Source: Lingula anatina
Lineage: Eukaryota; Animalia; Brachiopoda
Reading direction: 5' to 3'
NCBI GenBank assembly: GCA_051362555.1
Contig: CM120640.1
Span: forward strand, 70,038,788-70,102,787
Length of the DNA: 64,000 nt
The notes beneath the pieces are model-generated. The model ran no database searches and was not told the DNA's origin. It saw nothing but the letters and a program-made list of their open reading frames with translations. Of the stretch, positions 52,601-64,000 are shown one piece after another (position 1 is the first letter of the stretch; each line of letters starts with the position of its first letter). A program made the position numbers and the translations under genes.

Positions 52601-54790
52601 GAGTTTGTTATCAAGCCAGAATGCTGAGGGTGACACACCCCTCCATATCCTAAGTCAGCATGATAGAAATATGAATGGAATCAAACTTCTTATTGAGGCA
52701 GGGGCACGCACAGATATAGAGAATAAAAAGGTAAGTATGAGTTTGGAGAACAAATTGAATATTACACACTTTGAGTGATGATCTTTTCATTTGTATGCTG
52801 TTTGCATTTAATTGATTGTTTCTTTGTTAGTTTGTGTTGACTTTGGTGCTATTTAAAGACTGTTGCTTTGCAGCAAACCATGTGCCATGCTAGTTCATTG
52901 TCTTAAAGTTAAGATGAAAGAATCAAAATTAGGGTGGATTCAAATATGGACTCAGTCTGATATTTTTAATTATTTCAGGGATTTAAGCCCTTAGATGTTG
53001 CAATAGACTGTGGGCAGTTGAAGCTGTCCAAGTACTTTCAGGATTTGCGTGTAATACAGCGTAAAACCCACAAACAGAATCAAAATACTTCTTCAGACAT
53101 AGATGTACTGGGAGGAATGGTAGGCAACATTTACAAGAGTTGTGGAAGTACAAATTATATTCTCAGCAAGACCACCTAATTTAGCCCAAGTTATATGTTT
53201 TTAAATGAATTATTTTCAACTTTTTTAATGCAGTTGCAAAAAAAAGTGTCTCCCAAAGGTTTTTTTTCTGAGTCATGATGTAAAACAATATGAATAAAAA
53301 TGTATCAACTTTTAGTAAAAATTCTTATATAAAAATGTTTAAATACTCAATCTGACATTCAAATCTGTTTTAGCAATCAAACTCTGGAGGTCTCTACTCC
53401 CCAAGTACACCACGTCAATCATCAAGAAAAATCCGAGAGTCGCCTAAAATGACATCAGAGAAGAGAGCAGTTATGCCAGCAGAGACGGATGTTGGATCCA
53501 GCATTAAGTGGTAATATTTGACTTTATATCAAGAAATTGCAAGTGTGCTTATAAGCATGTTACCTTGAACTGAAAATATGTATATAAATATTTTCCCTTA
53601 TTTAAAAACTTATTATGTTAATAAAAGGAGAGTCAAAAGCTTAAATGCAGAGCAAGGGTTTTTTGTCTCCTCCATCCCAAATTACCACAAACATATACAC
53701 CATTATCCTGTGCAGTATAAGGCAATGTTTTTAACCTTTTCAGCCCTGTAGAACCCAACTCCAGTTCTCTTGAGCCAGACCCCAAGAAAGCCAAGACTAG
53801 CACAACATTGCTGTGGAAAGTGAACATTGCAGCTCAGCCACCTGAAGAAAGAAAGTAAGAGAAAGAAACATTTCCTTTTGTCTTGTTATAACTTGTAGAC
53901 TTAAGTCTTATCATATCTGTTTGGTAAGTGTAAGAGAAATTAGTTTTCGAGGACTGTTTATGAAGAGAAATTTGAATTTGTTTTACAGTTCTTTAACCAT
54001 AAATGCAAAAACTGCTCTGCCAACAACAGCAAAAAGCGCTGCAACAACTACGGTAACTACAGCTGCAGGAAAAGGGACTGTAACATGTAAGTAGTATTGT
54101 ACTTGTGAATATTTCCAAATACATGCACATGCATAATTATGTACTTACGCACACCATGCATGTGCACACACACAACTTGTTTTGAATTTAGCATAACTTA
54201 GTACAAACTTGATGTAGTTACTTCTTATAACTGCTTCCATTTGCTTGCATAATTGGTGTATTTAAAGGTTAACAGTGACTTATATGTACAATTATGCCTT
54301 TTTGTTCTCATTTTTTACAGCTAACGAACAGAATATTTTGAGTTACTTTAAATATAGCACCTCAGAGGCCAGGAGCGTGTTCAGGAAAGCCATGGAGAGG
54401 GACAGGGACATTCACCAAAGAGAGCTTCATGATATGGACATTGAAAAGAAAAGTAAGCACTTATAAGAAATGCCCTTTTTTTTTAAAGAAAGATTTCTAG
54501 CTGGTTGGCATTTTCTTGATATTGTCCAGGCTCTGAATTATGTTAATGATATCTTCTTTTTAGAATTAACAAACAGCTTAGCAGCTACCATAGAACAACA
54601 GCAAGAAGCATCCCAGCAAATTCAAAGAAAACTTCAGGAGATCGACCAACTACAAAAGAAAGAACAGAATTTAAAAGGAAAAATACAGGGTATCCACAAT
54701 AGGTTAGACTCTATTTCACAAATGTCGTTAAAAGCACAAGAACAGTTCAGGACCTGTCAGCATGCACTGGATGCCTTTGACAAACTGTGA
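49624..54790 (+). CDS. Ankyrin-repeat plus C-terminal coiled-coil protein (Swi6/Cdc10/Mbp1-like ankyrin block), ~515 aa, 11 exons
   Basis: Exons (+): 49624-49630, 50154-50320, 50610-50694, 51621-51923, 52591-52730, 52979-53119, 53374-53510, 53744-53854, 53989-54086, 54321-54452, 54564-54790 (1548 nt, in frame, all GT-AG). Ankyrin motifs FPMIHWACALG, GDTGLHRA, GCTPVH, GDTPLHI, GFKPLDVA; heptad-rich C-terminus. Confidence 0.85.
51066..51271. mobile_element. PIF/Harbinger-like MITE, TTA TSD
   Basis: Degenerate inverted ends; internal homology to the 35060 and 58164 copies; flanked by TTA. Confidence 0.6.
51295..51590. mobile_element. Long fold-back MITE (PIF/Harbinger-like), TTA TSD
   Basis: Near-perfect inverted arms of ~125 bp, GGCCGCATTCACATCGAGTTGA.../...TCAACTCGATGTGAATGAGGCC, flanked by TTA on both sides. 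Confidence 0.85.
52035..52245. mobile_element. PIF/Harbinger-like MITE
   Basis: Ends GGGGCCATTCAGAATAGATGATCC / GGATCATCTTTTCTGAATGACCCT; flanks TTA and TTG; shares AAATCTCAGCTC with the loop of the 51295 element. Confidence 0.65.
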
Positions 54791-54905
54791 CATGAATTGT
54801 CACTGGAAGACGGCATGCCTTCATCTGATATGATGAACTTCTGCTTGAGAAACACAGCTTGGTTTTTATATCATGATATATATTAGATATTTCCCAGCAT
54901 CAAGA

Positions 54906-55921
54906 TTTTTATGTACAGACACAGATGTGTCTGTACATATTGCCATCACCTGCGTCTGTCGTCGCCGTCGCCGTTGCCGTCGCCGATCATGTCGCCGTGC
55001 ACTTTCAGCGTTAACACCATAAGTGGAAGACAGTTTTATTTTTTGGCTTTATATTTACAGAGCTGACTAATATTCATAAAACGCAGGTCAAGTTCGAAAA
55101 TCAGCATGATCTGGCCATTATTGTAGAATTTATGCTGTTTTTTCTCTTTTTAGCATATATGCAACACTGTTAACACATTTCAAGGAAAACCGATAGGCCT
55201 GTTGTCATGAAATTCACAGGAGTAATCAATCTTACTAAAACGCAGATCAAGTTCCAAAATCGGCATGATCGGGCCACTATTTTAGTAGTTATGCTGTTTT
55301 TTCACTTTTCAGCATATATGCAACACTGTTAACACATTTCAAGGAAAACCGATAGACCTGTTGTCATGAAACTCACAGGAGTAATCAATCTTATTAAAAC
55401 GCAGGTCAAGTTCGAAAATCAGCACAATCGGGCCATTATTTTATAAGTTATGCCGTTTTTTCACATTTCCTCAGATTTAATTCTTAGGCATGTTAACAGT
55501 CTCATTATTTAGTTAAGAAGATACGTAAAAGTGTTTGTTTGACATTTCCTGCATCTTTACAACATTGTTAGTTGATTTTGTAAAAATGATGGTATACTTG
55601 TTATTGTGTATTGTGTAATAAAGTTTCAAAAATGGAAATAAACTCATATCATTGAGGTTTGTCAGATTCAATCATTCACTATGTTCAGAATCTCAGAATG
55701 GAAGAAATTGGACATTTAACACTGTTTTATTGATATTTTTCCCATCTCATCAATTTTTTTAGTTGATCATATAAATATGGCAGTAAACTCTTAATTTTGT
55801 TTTAAGTTAAAAAATTGTTAAAAATGGGAAAAAAACATTTCAGAACAGTGCCGTCTTGTTTACATTTTGGCATTTTTAAGTTGTGACTTTGAAGTTCCAT
55901 GGGCCTGAAGACCTTTGCTAG
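54906..55921 (+). mobile_element. HINE/DINE-1-like element with (GTCGCC)n microsatellite and ~159-bp internal repeats
   Basis: 5' T-run followed by hairpin ATGTACAGACAC-AGAT-GTGTCTGTACAT; GTCGCC repeats; three internal units (ACGCAGGTCAAGTTC-like at 55081, 55240, 55399); probable CTAG|T end near 55921. Confidence 0.6.
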
Positions 55922-56108
55922 TCACATTTTCTGAATATCCATGATACTAATATTTTATTATTAAAAATTGATGGTCATTATGCTGTTAAACATTATGTAA
56001 TATTGCATCAAAATTTGAAAAAAACCTATTTTGGGCACTGCTCCCATGATGACCATTTAAGAAAAACCATGTCACTTACTGTTCTCAAACAGTACAGTAA
56101 ATATATAT

Positions 56109-56623
56109 AGATGTGTCTGTACATATTGCCATCACCTGCATCTGTCGTCGCCGTCGCCAGCACCGTGCACTTTCATTGTAAACAAGATAAATGGAAGGCA
56201 GTTTTACTTTTTGGCTTTGTATTTACAGAGCTGATGAATATTCATAAAACGCAGGTCAAGTTCGAAAATCAGCATGATCAAACCATTATTTTAGAAGTTA
56301 TGCTGTTTTTTCACATTTCCTCAGATTTAATTCTTAGGCATGTTAACAGTTTCATTATTTAATTAATAAGATACATAAAAGTGTTTGTTTGACATTTCCT
56401 GCATCTTTACAATATTGTTAGTTGATTTTGTAAAAATGATGGTAAACTTGTCATCGTGTATTGTGTAATAAAGTTTCAAAAATGGAAATAAACTCATATC
56501 ATTGCAGTTTGTCAGATTCAATCATTCACATAATGTACTTTTGCATCACAAATGACAGTAGCCTATTTTGTGCATAGTTATTTCCTGTTTTTTGTCTGTA
56601 CATTTGACAGCTTTGCTGCCTTG
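56109..56623 (+). mobile_element. Second, shorter copy of the same HINE-like family
   Basis: Near-identical to 54923-55680 but with one internal unit; 3' sub-TIR TGTCTGTACAT (56593-56603), short hairpin, and CTTG|TTTT end. Confidence 0.6.
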
Positions 56624-56741
56624 TTTTACAAGAGTTGTCCCATGTAGATTAAAAGGTCTGTTGTGCTCCTGCTTTGATTTTTTGATTTTGTAGGAGGATA
56701 TATATATATATATCACTTATAATAAAAACCAATGGAGAAAA

Positions 56742-56990
56742 ATAATTTTCAATAGACAACGAAATGTATTGGATTATTTTTATTTCAAAAAGATTATCCT
56801 ATTTTATTTTGAGATGATTATAATTCAAAATTACTTGGCGTTTTAAATAGATGTAGTTATGCAAGATAATTTTCAATAGACAAGAACAAGATGTGTTGGA
56901 TTTTTATTTAAAAAAGATTATCCTACTTTATTTTGAGATAATTTTAATTCAAAATTACTTGGCATTATGAGAAGAAGTAGTTTTGCAAGT
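56742..56990. repeat. Two-copy direct repeat, ~125 bp
   Basis: ATAATTTTCAATAGACAA...AAAAAGATTATCCTA...TAATTCAAAATTACTTGGC...GTAGTT(A/T)TGCAAG occurs twice in tandem. Confidence 0.75.
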
Positions 56991-57716
56991 TAACTGATTA
57001 AGACTCAGATTCATCATGTTTAAAGTGTTTCAACTTTATTTGTTGTAAAAAAAAGACATCAACATTTGGTGGTGTATTGGATGGTTGAAAGGGTTAAGTT
57101 AGGCTTCAGCGTTTATGTGAAAAGTATGGACAGTGTGATCAAAATCATAAGTATGGCATAAGTATTTCCCGCCAACATGTTGCCCCTTATATCTGCATGG
57201 AGGATTATGTACAAGAAAATACCTATGATTACACTTAATAATATATTTTTTTATCTAGAAAACTTTGTGATGTTATGTATAAAATTTTAAAATATGCTAG
57301 ATTGATGTAGACAAAGATTAAAAACTAGTTGGAGTAGATGAAAGCTTTGTTGATATTTGTAAATTGTTACACTGACTGATACACATAACAATGGAAGAGC
57401 AATTAATTTGCATCATTTCCTGAAAATAAAGCCCAGTAACACTCAGTCCACTGACATTGTGATATGAATGCTATGAGGGGTTTGTGTGAGTCTGAACTTG
57501 ACATTGATTCTATTAATTAACAAATTATACATGGCTTGTGAGAACTAATTGAATAATAAGACTACTGGGGAAGCCAGGGGTGTTCTAGAGTTCTGTTTTA
57601 ACATTAAAATGTGTTTTCTTGGTCGTGTTACATTTTTTTTATTTTTGTTTTCCTATCCAAATACCAAAACCCAATGCTCTGCACATTTTTGCATATGATT
57701 TTAAGTCTTTCAAAAA

Positions 57717-60700
57717 TCAAAACTTGAAGAGATCTGAGCTTTGGATGTGATTTCCAAAATATCTTGTGGTAAGGTCTCTTGGTGGAAGTTTTTTCTTCTC
57801 TTTCTGCAAGTATGAACCTGTTAACACTTTAGCTTTAATCTCTTTTTTTGGTGCTGGTTGTTTTTTACCATCCGTCTTCTCGTTGCTAGCTTCTTCCTCT
57901 TGGGGTTTATGCCTATCAAAAGGACACAGGAATAAGACCATGGTTATTTAGAAAACTTTGAAAATACCCATTATATATATATATATATAATTAAGATGTT
58001 AATTAAAATATGCTTGTTCATATTATTTATTTAGCAAAATCAGGATTTTACAATATGGGTTTGCAATGGGGCATAGTGGTACAAAAAAAAATTAAAATAT
58101 GTATAGGAAGGCTAAGCCCCTGTTCCTCTTCCCATGCCCACCTTTACGTTTTTGCTACTTTTAGGCCACATTCAGAACAGCAGACTAGCAGATCTGCATA
58201 TCAAATATGGCGATCTACTACAAAGCTTGCTGCCTAATTTCCGATTAGTTGCTGAGTAGATTACCCACGGGGATTATACAACAAGCATTCAAGTGGGTTA
58301 GCCATATTTGATCCATGGACTAGTTAGCCAGCTGTTGTGAATGCAACCTTACCTTGCTTTTGGTGGAACAGGGCATGTGTAAGCCACCTGACCAGTTCTG
58401 ATGATGCTTCTTTCCACTGGTGCTGGGGCATGTTCCTTTTCCCACTCCAGTCTCTCCCATTTTGCCTCGCAGAGGGGACATAGAAGCTCATTTTTTACTA
58501 ATAAACACAAAATGAGCCAAAAACTAGTTTAGGAATCACAGGGTGAATGACTATCAAAAAGAAATAAAAGGAAAATATGCTGTTAAAATTTCACTGTCAC
58601 TTTCATTTTAAAATTGGCTTAGTGAATTTCAAGTTCTGAATAACTTACCCAGAATAACCATTTAAGTCTCAGTCAAAACTGATAATTTCCTTGACAAACA
58701 AAATTATCTCAATTTACCTGCACTTTCCATCAGCAATGGATGTCCAAACCGCCGGGCAGTATCCAGGGGAGTTTCCATGCGGTCATTTACAATGTCCAAA
58801 CTTCCCTCATGTTGCAGATAACAGTTAAAACATTTGGGATGTGCACCTTCAGCTGCATAATGGCCTGGGGTGTTGCCATAGCCTGCAGGTTAAAAGACAC
58901 TGACTTTTTCAGAAAGTGGGATCTTATTTTGGTTTTACGTAAGACATACGAGGAGGTTCAATGTGGGCAAATGCTGGTCAAGTAAGAATATCAGTAATAT
59001 TTGATTATTATTTCAGAAGTCTATTTTACATTTTTTGATATTAAAAAATATTTTTGCATATTAACAAGTATTTTTCTGCATACTGACAAGCATTTCCTCA
59101 TAATAGACAATTTGAGTTCCCATACATTAAATTTTTTTAGACAGAAAATTTCCTGTCGTTGTGGACCTTTTTTCAGATAATTATGAAATAAACTTACCAT
59201 CTTGATAATTTGGTGTGAGTTTTTTCTCAAAAAGCCAGTGAAGGCAATTGACGGAGCCATGCAATGCAGCCTGAAATGTCAAGTTATAATGAAAGTAATT
59301 ATGAGATAAAATCAATGACCTACGTTTGTGTGTTTATATCAAGAACAACAATAAATGCAATTTTTGGTAGGATAGGGGGAGTGGATTAAAATATTCACAC
59401 ACCCCTAAAAACCAAAATTTTAAGTGAACCCGGGAAACTGTAAGGCATCCTATCTCACCACATGAGCAGGAGTCTTTCCCTCTCCCTGGGCCACATCCAT
59501 TGCTGATCCCTGTTTAACCAGGAACCTGAGACAGTCCAGGTGGTCATGCCAGGCAGCCATGTGGGCAGGGACATTGCCATTGTTGTCACCAATTGTGATA
59601 TCACAATCACGCTCTATCAGGCAGATCAAACTTTCCAGACCTGAAAAGGTGACAAAATAAATAAAATTTATAAGAAATTAAAAAGGTACCATATTTTTTT
59701 TATCCAAAAATCTCTTTTTATTTAAGAATTGCCTGACAGCCCTTTTTAAATAAATTATGTTGGAGTAATCTTAAATACAGATAATTTTAAGTACTTACAT
59801 GCCAGAGCAGAGAGGCTGAAACTGAAAAATATATCTTCCCAAAAATGGAGAACAAAGACACAATGGTGCCCACAATGTAAGTTTGCATACTATTTAGTTG
59901 TTATTGGTGGGATGGGAGGCAAAAAACTGGGTAGCCAACTTTTTTGTTCCAACCCCTCCTCCACAATGTCATGGATCAGCCAATTCCTGGGTGGCTGGAA
60001 ATTCTGATGAATTAATCTTTTCAAATTAACTTACCTCCGTACTGAGCTGCATAATGCAGAGGAAGCTTTCCAAGGTCACAGGTGCACTCTAGGTCTACCC
60101 CTTTCCCAAACAGAAGTTCCAGTATCTTGGGATGGTTACGGATTGCAGCTAGATGAGCAGGATGGCGTCCCCATTGGTCCTCAATTGAAAGGCTAGCACC
60201 TGGGACAAAAGGAAGATATGATGCAGCAGAATAAACTACTGAATTTTTTTTTTCAATACGCTTTTAGTCTGCAAATAACAACACTGCCCATAGGCCAAGT
60301 ATGAGTAAGATTGAAGCTTGGCTGGAAGTATTTAGTAAATGTGTTCAGTTTCTGGCCATTATTTGTACTTTGAGCCTTGATTCTTTGACCAAGTTGGCTT
60401 GCAAGTTTTGGCACAGACTGTATTTGTTTTTTGATGTATGTTTGAACAACATGAGGATAAATAATCCTTTAATTTTTTATGATGTAAAGGATGTTTTTAC
60501 CTCTGTTTGATAAGACTTCAAGGCATTTTTCTTCTCCATGATAGGCTGCCAAATGGACTGCACTGTGCCCATCTTTGTCTTGAGCATTGATATCTTCTAC
60601 GTAGTCCAGGAGTACTCTGATCACATCATAGTGACCCCCTAATGTAGCCTCATGCAAAGGTGTTCTTCCAATACTTGTTGTTTGTGATGGATCTGCTCCA

Positions 60701-61668
60701 GCCTGTGACAAAGAAAAATATGTGATTACTTTAAAGATAATAATACTGCCCTCATTCCCTGATGAAGGTATCTTGTGAGAAAGACTTTTCCCAATGAATC
60801 ATCCAGCCATGATCATTTGGACAGCCACCATTTGGATGGCCAATCTTTCAAAGACTGCTGGACGCCTAATGAATTTTTTGAAAAATGATTGCTTGGATTC
60901 CCTGAAATTTTGTGGGAAATAACAGGTGATAGATTTGGACAGCCTGTACCCCAACCCTGGGATAAGCCCTGCTTGTGAGATATTGCAATAATGGAGTAAC
61001 AATAACTCTAATTTCTAGCTTTCATTTATTGTAATCTTTGAGCACCTTACACAGCTGATGAAAGTCTTCAATGAATTTAAGCTAAATATACATGTACTAG
61101 TGATGTTTAATAATGATGTAATGTGAATAAACAACATGAAAAAAATCTACAGTATATGAATTACTACAATTAAACAAGGTTTTCACTGTTACTAATGCTG
61201 TATATATAAAATGCTATTTCCATTTATTTCTTGCGAAATAATACCATGCAAATAATACATGTAGTAAGATGAATGCTGAACAAATTACAGGTAAATATTG
61301 CCTGTTACCTTCAATAGCTCCTCTACGGCTGAAACCTGCCCATACCCGGCAGCCAAATGGAGGGGGCTTCTTTTCTCATGTTTCACTTTTATATCTGGAT
61401 TGATTGTGGTGTTCTCAAGGACTCTTTTTATTGTGTCAGCATCTCCTTTCTGTGCAGCTGATACTAACCGTTCTTTCCTCTCTGAAGATAATATAATTTA
61501 AATGGATAATGACCCAGTAGTTTGTGAAAAACCCCATCATTCAAAATCTTCTTTAACCAAGAGGTTGATTAACGTCCCACCACGCCGTTAAAATTGATTT
61601 GTAGGAAGAATTATAAAAACTGACATTATTGTAAACTCACCTTTCGTTTTCTTCTCACGGTCTGCCAT
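57717..61668 (-). CDS. Ankyrin-repeat protein (~9-10 repeats, then a CPLC motif and basic tail), ~442 aa, 9 exons
   Basis: Exons (-): 61668-61641, 61481-61309, 60702-60501, 60199-60035, 59640-59459, 59270-59198, 58882-58718, 58497-58353, 57912-57717 (1329 nt, in frame). Repeats SPLHLAAGYG, GRTPLHEATLGG, GHSAVHLAAYHG, GKLPLHYAAQYG, GKTPAHVAALHG, GNTPGHYAAEG. Orthologue not recognised. Confidence 0.88.
58164..58348. mobile_element. PIF/Harbinger-like MITE, TTA TSD, abutting a splice donor
   Basis: Ends GGCCACATTCAGAACAGC / GCTGTTGTGAATGCAACC; TTA at 58161-58163 and 58349-58351. Confidence 0.7.
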
Positions 61669-62107
61669 GTTGTTTACCCTAACCACCGTGTAACGACTTG
61701 CCGTCAACAAGTACAGAGAATATTTTATTGTGAAAACGAAAATAATCATTTCCTACATTTAGGATTTGATTTATATATAAAATAAAGTTATACTGACAAT
61801 TTTGATAAATTTTACTGTTTTCTCTATGTTTTATACTTCTTATGTCGTAAGTGATAACAGGTGCTTGCTGTGCCTGGGTACTAACAATGTCCCTGAAGAT
61901 GGCGCTAGTGTTTGATGTAATCTTTTTCAATATTTTTTCTTATAATTTGTTTTCTGAGAATGTAAAAAACTAGCTTGTGTGACTTATTTAAAAACAAATT
62001 CAAGCATGATTCAAAATTAAAGATGAACAGCCTGTAAAACATTAAATAACGTTAAATGTCAACTGCACCCCTCCCGTGTATGTCATGTGACTTTGAGAAA
62101 CCTGCAC

Positions 62108-62781
62108 ATGACTTCCAAGATGACGGTGCGAGCGGTTGTGTTGTTAATCTGCCTCACAGGTAAAAGTTGTTGTAATCTTGATTTTAAGACTCTATTGAAC
62201 TTATTTAACAAGCAGATGCACATATTCAAGTCTGTGCGTGTTTGTGGTATATGACAAATTTTGCGTTGCACACATGTACACATTTTATGCAATTTAAAGA
62301 GACGAGGTTGTTTTAACATTTTTAACACACCAACACTTGCAACAGCTTTAACATTAAAATAAGAATACATAGCACAAGCGCTATCCTACTTAATAACACT
62401 ATTCGGTCGCCAGTTCCTGACATAAGCGTCAGACAACAGAATCAATTGTTTGAAGTGCTGGTGAAGTTTTTTGTCTACATGTTGAACACTTTGTTTTTTG
62501 CATTAAATGTTTTGTGAAGAGACATTTTGTGCTCAGTAATTTGCTAGATAGCACTGTTATATACGTTTTTATATATGGACATGTCAATGCAGCTCATTTC
62601 TCATTATCATTATTATCACTAATTGATCAACTACATGTAATCAGTGGATTGCCACCAAAATCTAATCTATTCTAAATTTTATCAAAATCCACCCATAACA
62701 TTTTGAACAAAGGCAAAAAACAAAGGAGAGGTAATAACAACAGCTATTATTGTTGTAATTGTTGTTGTTGTTGTTGTTATA

Positions 62782-62813
<32 letters not shown>

Positions 62814-62853
62814 GATGATGATGATGATGATGATGATAATAATAATAATAATA

Positions 62854-62889
<36 letters not shown>

Positions 62890-63555
62890 CAAAGGTGCCT
62901 AGTTTGGTCTTCTCATATTTCTTTATATCTCTTTCATCTTCAGGAGTGCTGGCTGCTCCACAGAAGAAGGCCACACCACCATCATTTGGTAAATCTTACA
63001 CAGTGGCAGGAACTCTAAGTCTTCCCTATGCAGAGCTGGAGGAGCCATTCTTTGTGTATTTTGATGCAGCTGCAACAAAGAGCAAGATTGAAATGTACAA
63101 TGGTAGGCTGATAAAATGCTTCAACTGGATGACCATTTCACCTTGTCCACATATTTTACTATTCATGTATTGTGAATGTTTGTGGATATTTAAGCTTATA
63201 TTTGTCACAGAAACGCCTAATATAAAAGCTAATGATATTTAGTCTTCCGTTCTCATGTTAAAAGTCAACATTTACCAGTATGTTGTAAACTGATTTGGAT
63301 GCATAGCCAGCAAAGTTGCATTTCATCTAATTGAAATTTATTGAATGTTTTGCCTTAGAAAATTTAATTTTTTTTTCTCAAGGATTGACTGTGTCCATCA
63401 TGAGGGGTGATGTAGGACCCTATGGCAGCAGCTTCAAGATCGCTTACATGACCACCGACACTGTGATGAACAAGAAGTCATGTTTCCAAGTCAATGGGAC
63501 CTCAGATTCACCAGTGAAGTCCCAGTCTATCCTCCCTGATCTTACTGGATTCCAG
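62108..63555 (+). CDS. 26/29-kDa proteinase / CfaD-type cathepsin-L-like cysteine protease, 5' part only (runs off the window)
   Basis: Exons (+): 62108-62159 (signal peptide), 62944-63102, 63383-63555. The sequence PPSFGKSYTVAGTLSLPYAELEEPF...SCFQVNGTSDSPVKSQSILPDL matches the N-terminal 26-kDa domain of insect 26/29-kDa proteinase (recalled). The catalytic domain is not in the window. Confidence 0.82.
62745..62887. repeat. Compound trinucleotide microsatellite (TTG)n(AAT)n(GAT)n(AAT)n(ATT)n
   Basis: Directly visible; it explains the spurious poly-N/H/Y/D/M/I ORFs in the track. Confidence 0.95.
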
Positions 63556-64000
63556 GTAGGTGGGAAACAATGTCATCTTGATATTTCTCTGTTATAAAAT
63601 ATACTTATGTTATGCTTTTAAAACAACACTCTAGTTATAAACAGATAATGTGTAGCATGATAATATAATAAAAATAATGCATTCAAAAATATATATCCTT
63701 GAATTGCCCATAACCAATTATCAATCATTTATTCATATTAAGATCTATAATCAATGATTGATAATAAACTAATTTTTTTACACATAAATGAAAAAAAACT
63801 GTTGCAGTCTGTGGAGGCCAACTTTGCCAAATTAATGATTGATTAATATACGTCCACTTACATCTGGCATTAACATAGATGACAACATGTTTACTAACTG
63901 ATAACACATATGCTAACTTGCCCTAGACCAGCCCCTGTTATTGTTTGTTGATTTGCTCTAAACTGATGGCTCAGCTGACAGTGCTGAAGTCAAGTGACTT

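Noticed and set aside
17291-61501. Numerous antisense ORFs overlapping exons (e.g. 17291-17554, 28125-28364, 42732-42935, 61298-61501)
   Set aside because: They are shadows of real coding exons on the opposite strand with no independent support.
62662-63018. Homopolymer-rich ORFs (poly-N/H/Y/D/M/I)
   Set aside because: Artefacts of the trinucleotide microsatellite in an intron.

Overview
AT-rich, intron-rich eukaryotic (animal) genomic DNA. The gene content and Helentron-type repeats suggest a lophotrochozoan, probably a mollusc (inference). No prokaryotic features, CRISPR arrays, tRNA or rRNA were seen. Bases 1-17 kb are gene-poor, with one candidate small Cys-rich spliced gene and a minisatellite. 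Bases 17-64 kb hold seven spliced genes whose exon chains I assembled by hand: MTMR3/4 (-), BRAP (-), NSFL1C/p47 (+), DNAJC25 (-), an ankyrin plus coiled-coil gene (+), a second ankyrin-repeat gene (-), and the 5' part of a 26/29-kDa cathepsin-L-like proteinase (+). The six complete chains each sum to an intact reading frame. Highlights: (1) a U4atac minor-spliceosome snRNA gene with octamer/ZNF143-type enhancer and PSE, antisense inside the last BRAP intron; (2) a textbook U12-type intron in neighbouring NSFL1C; (3) an 11-exon animal gene whose ankyrin block follows the pattern of the fungal SBF/MBF cell-cycle factors Swi6/Cdc10/Mbp1; (4) a Helentron-associated element carrying a 146-bp satellite with a 6-unit higher-order repeat; (5) several splice sites duplicated or remodelled by repeats. 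Family assignments rest on recalled reference sequences, not database searches.
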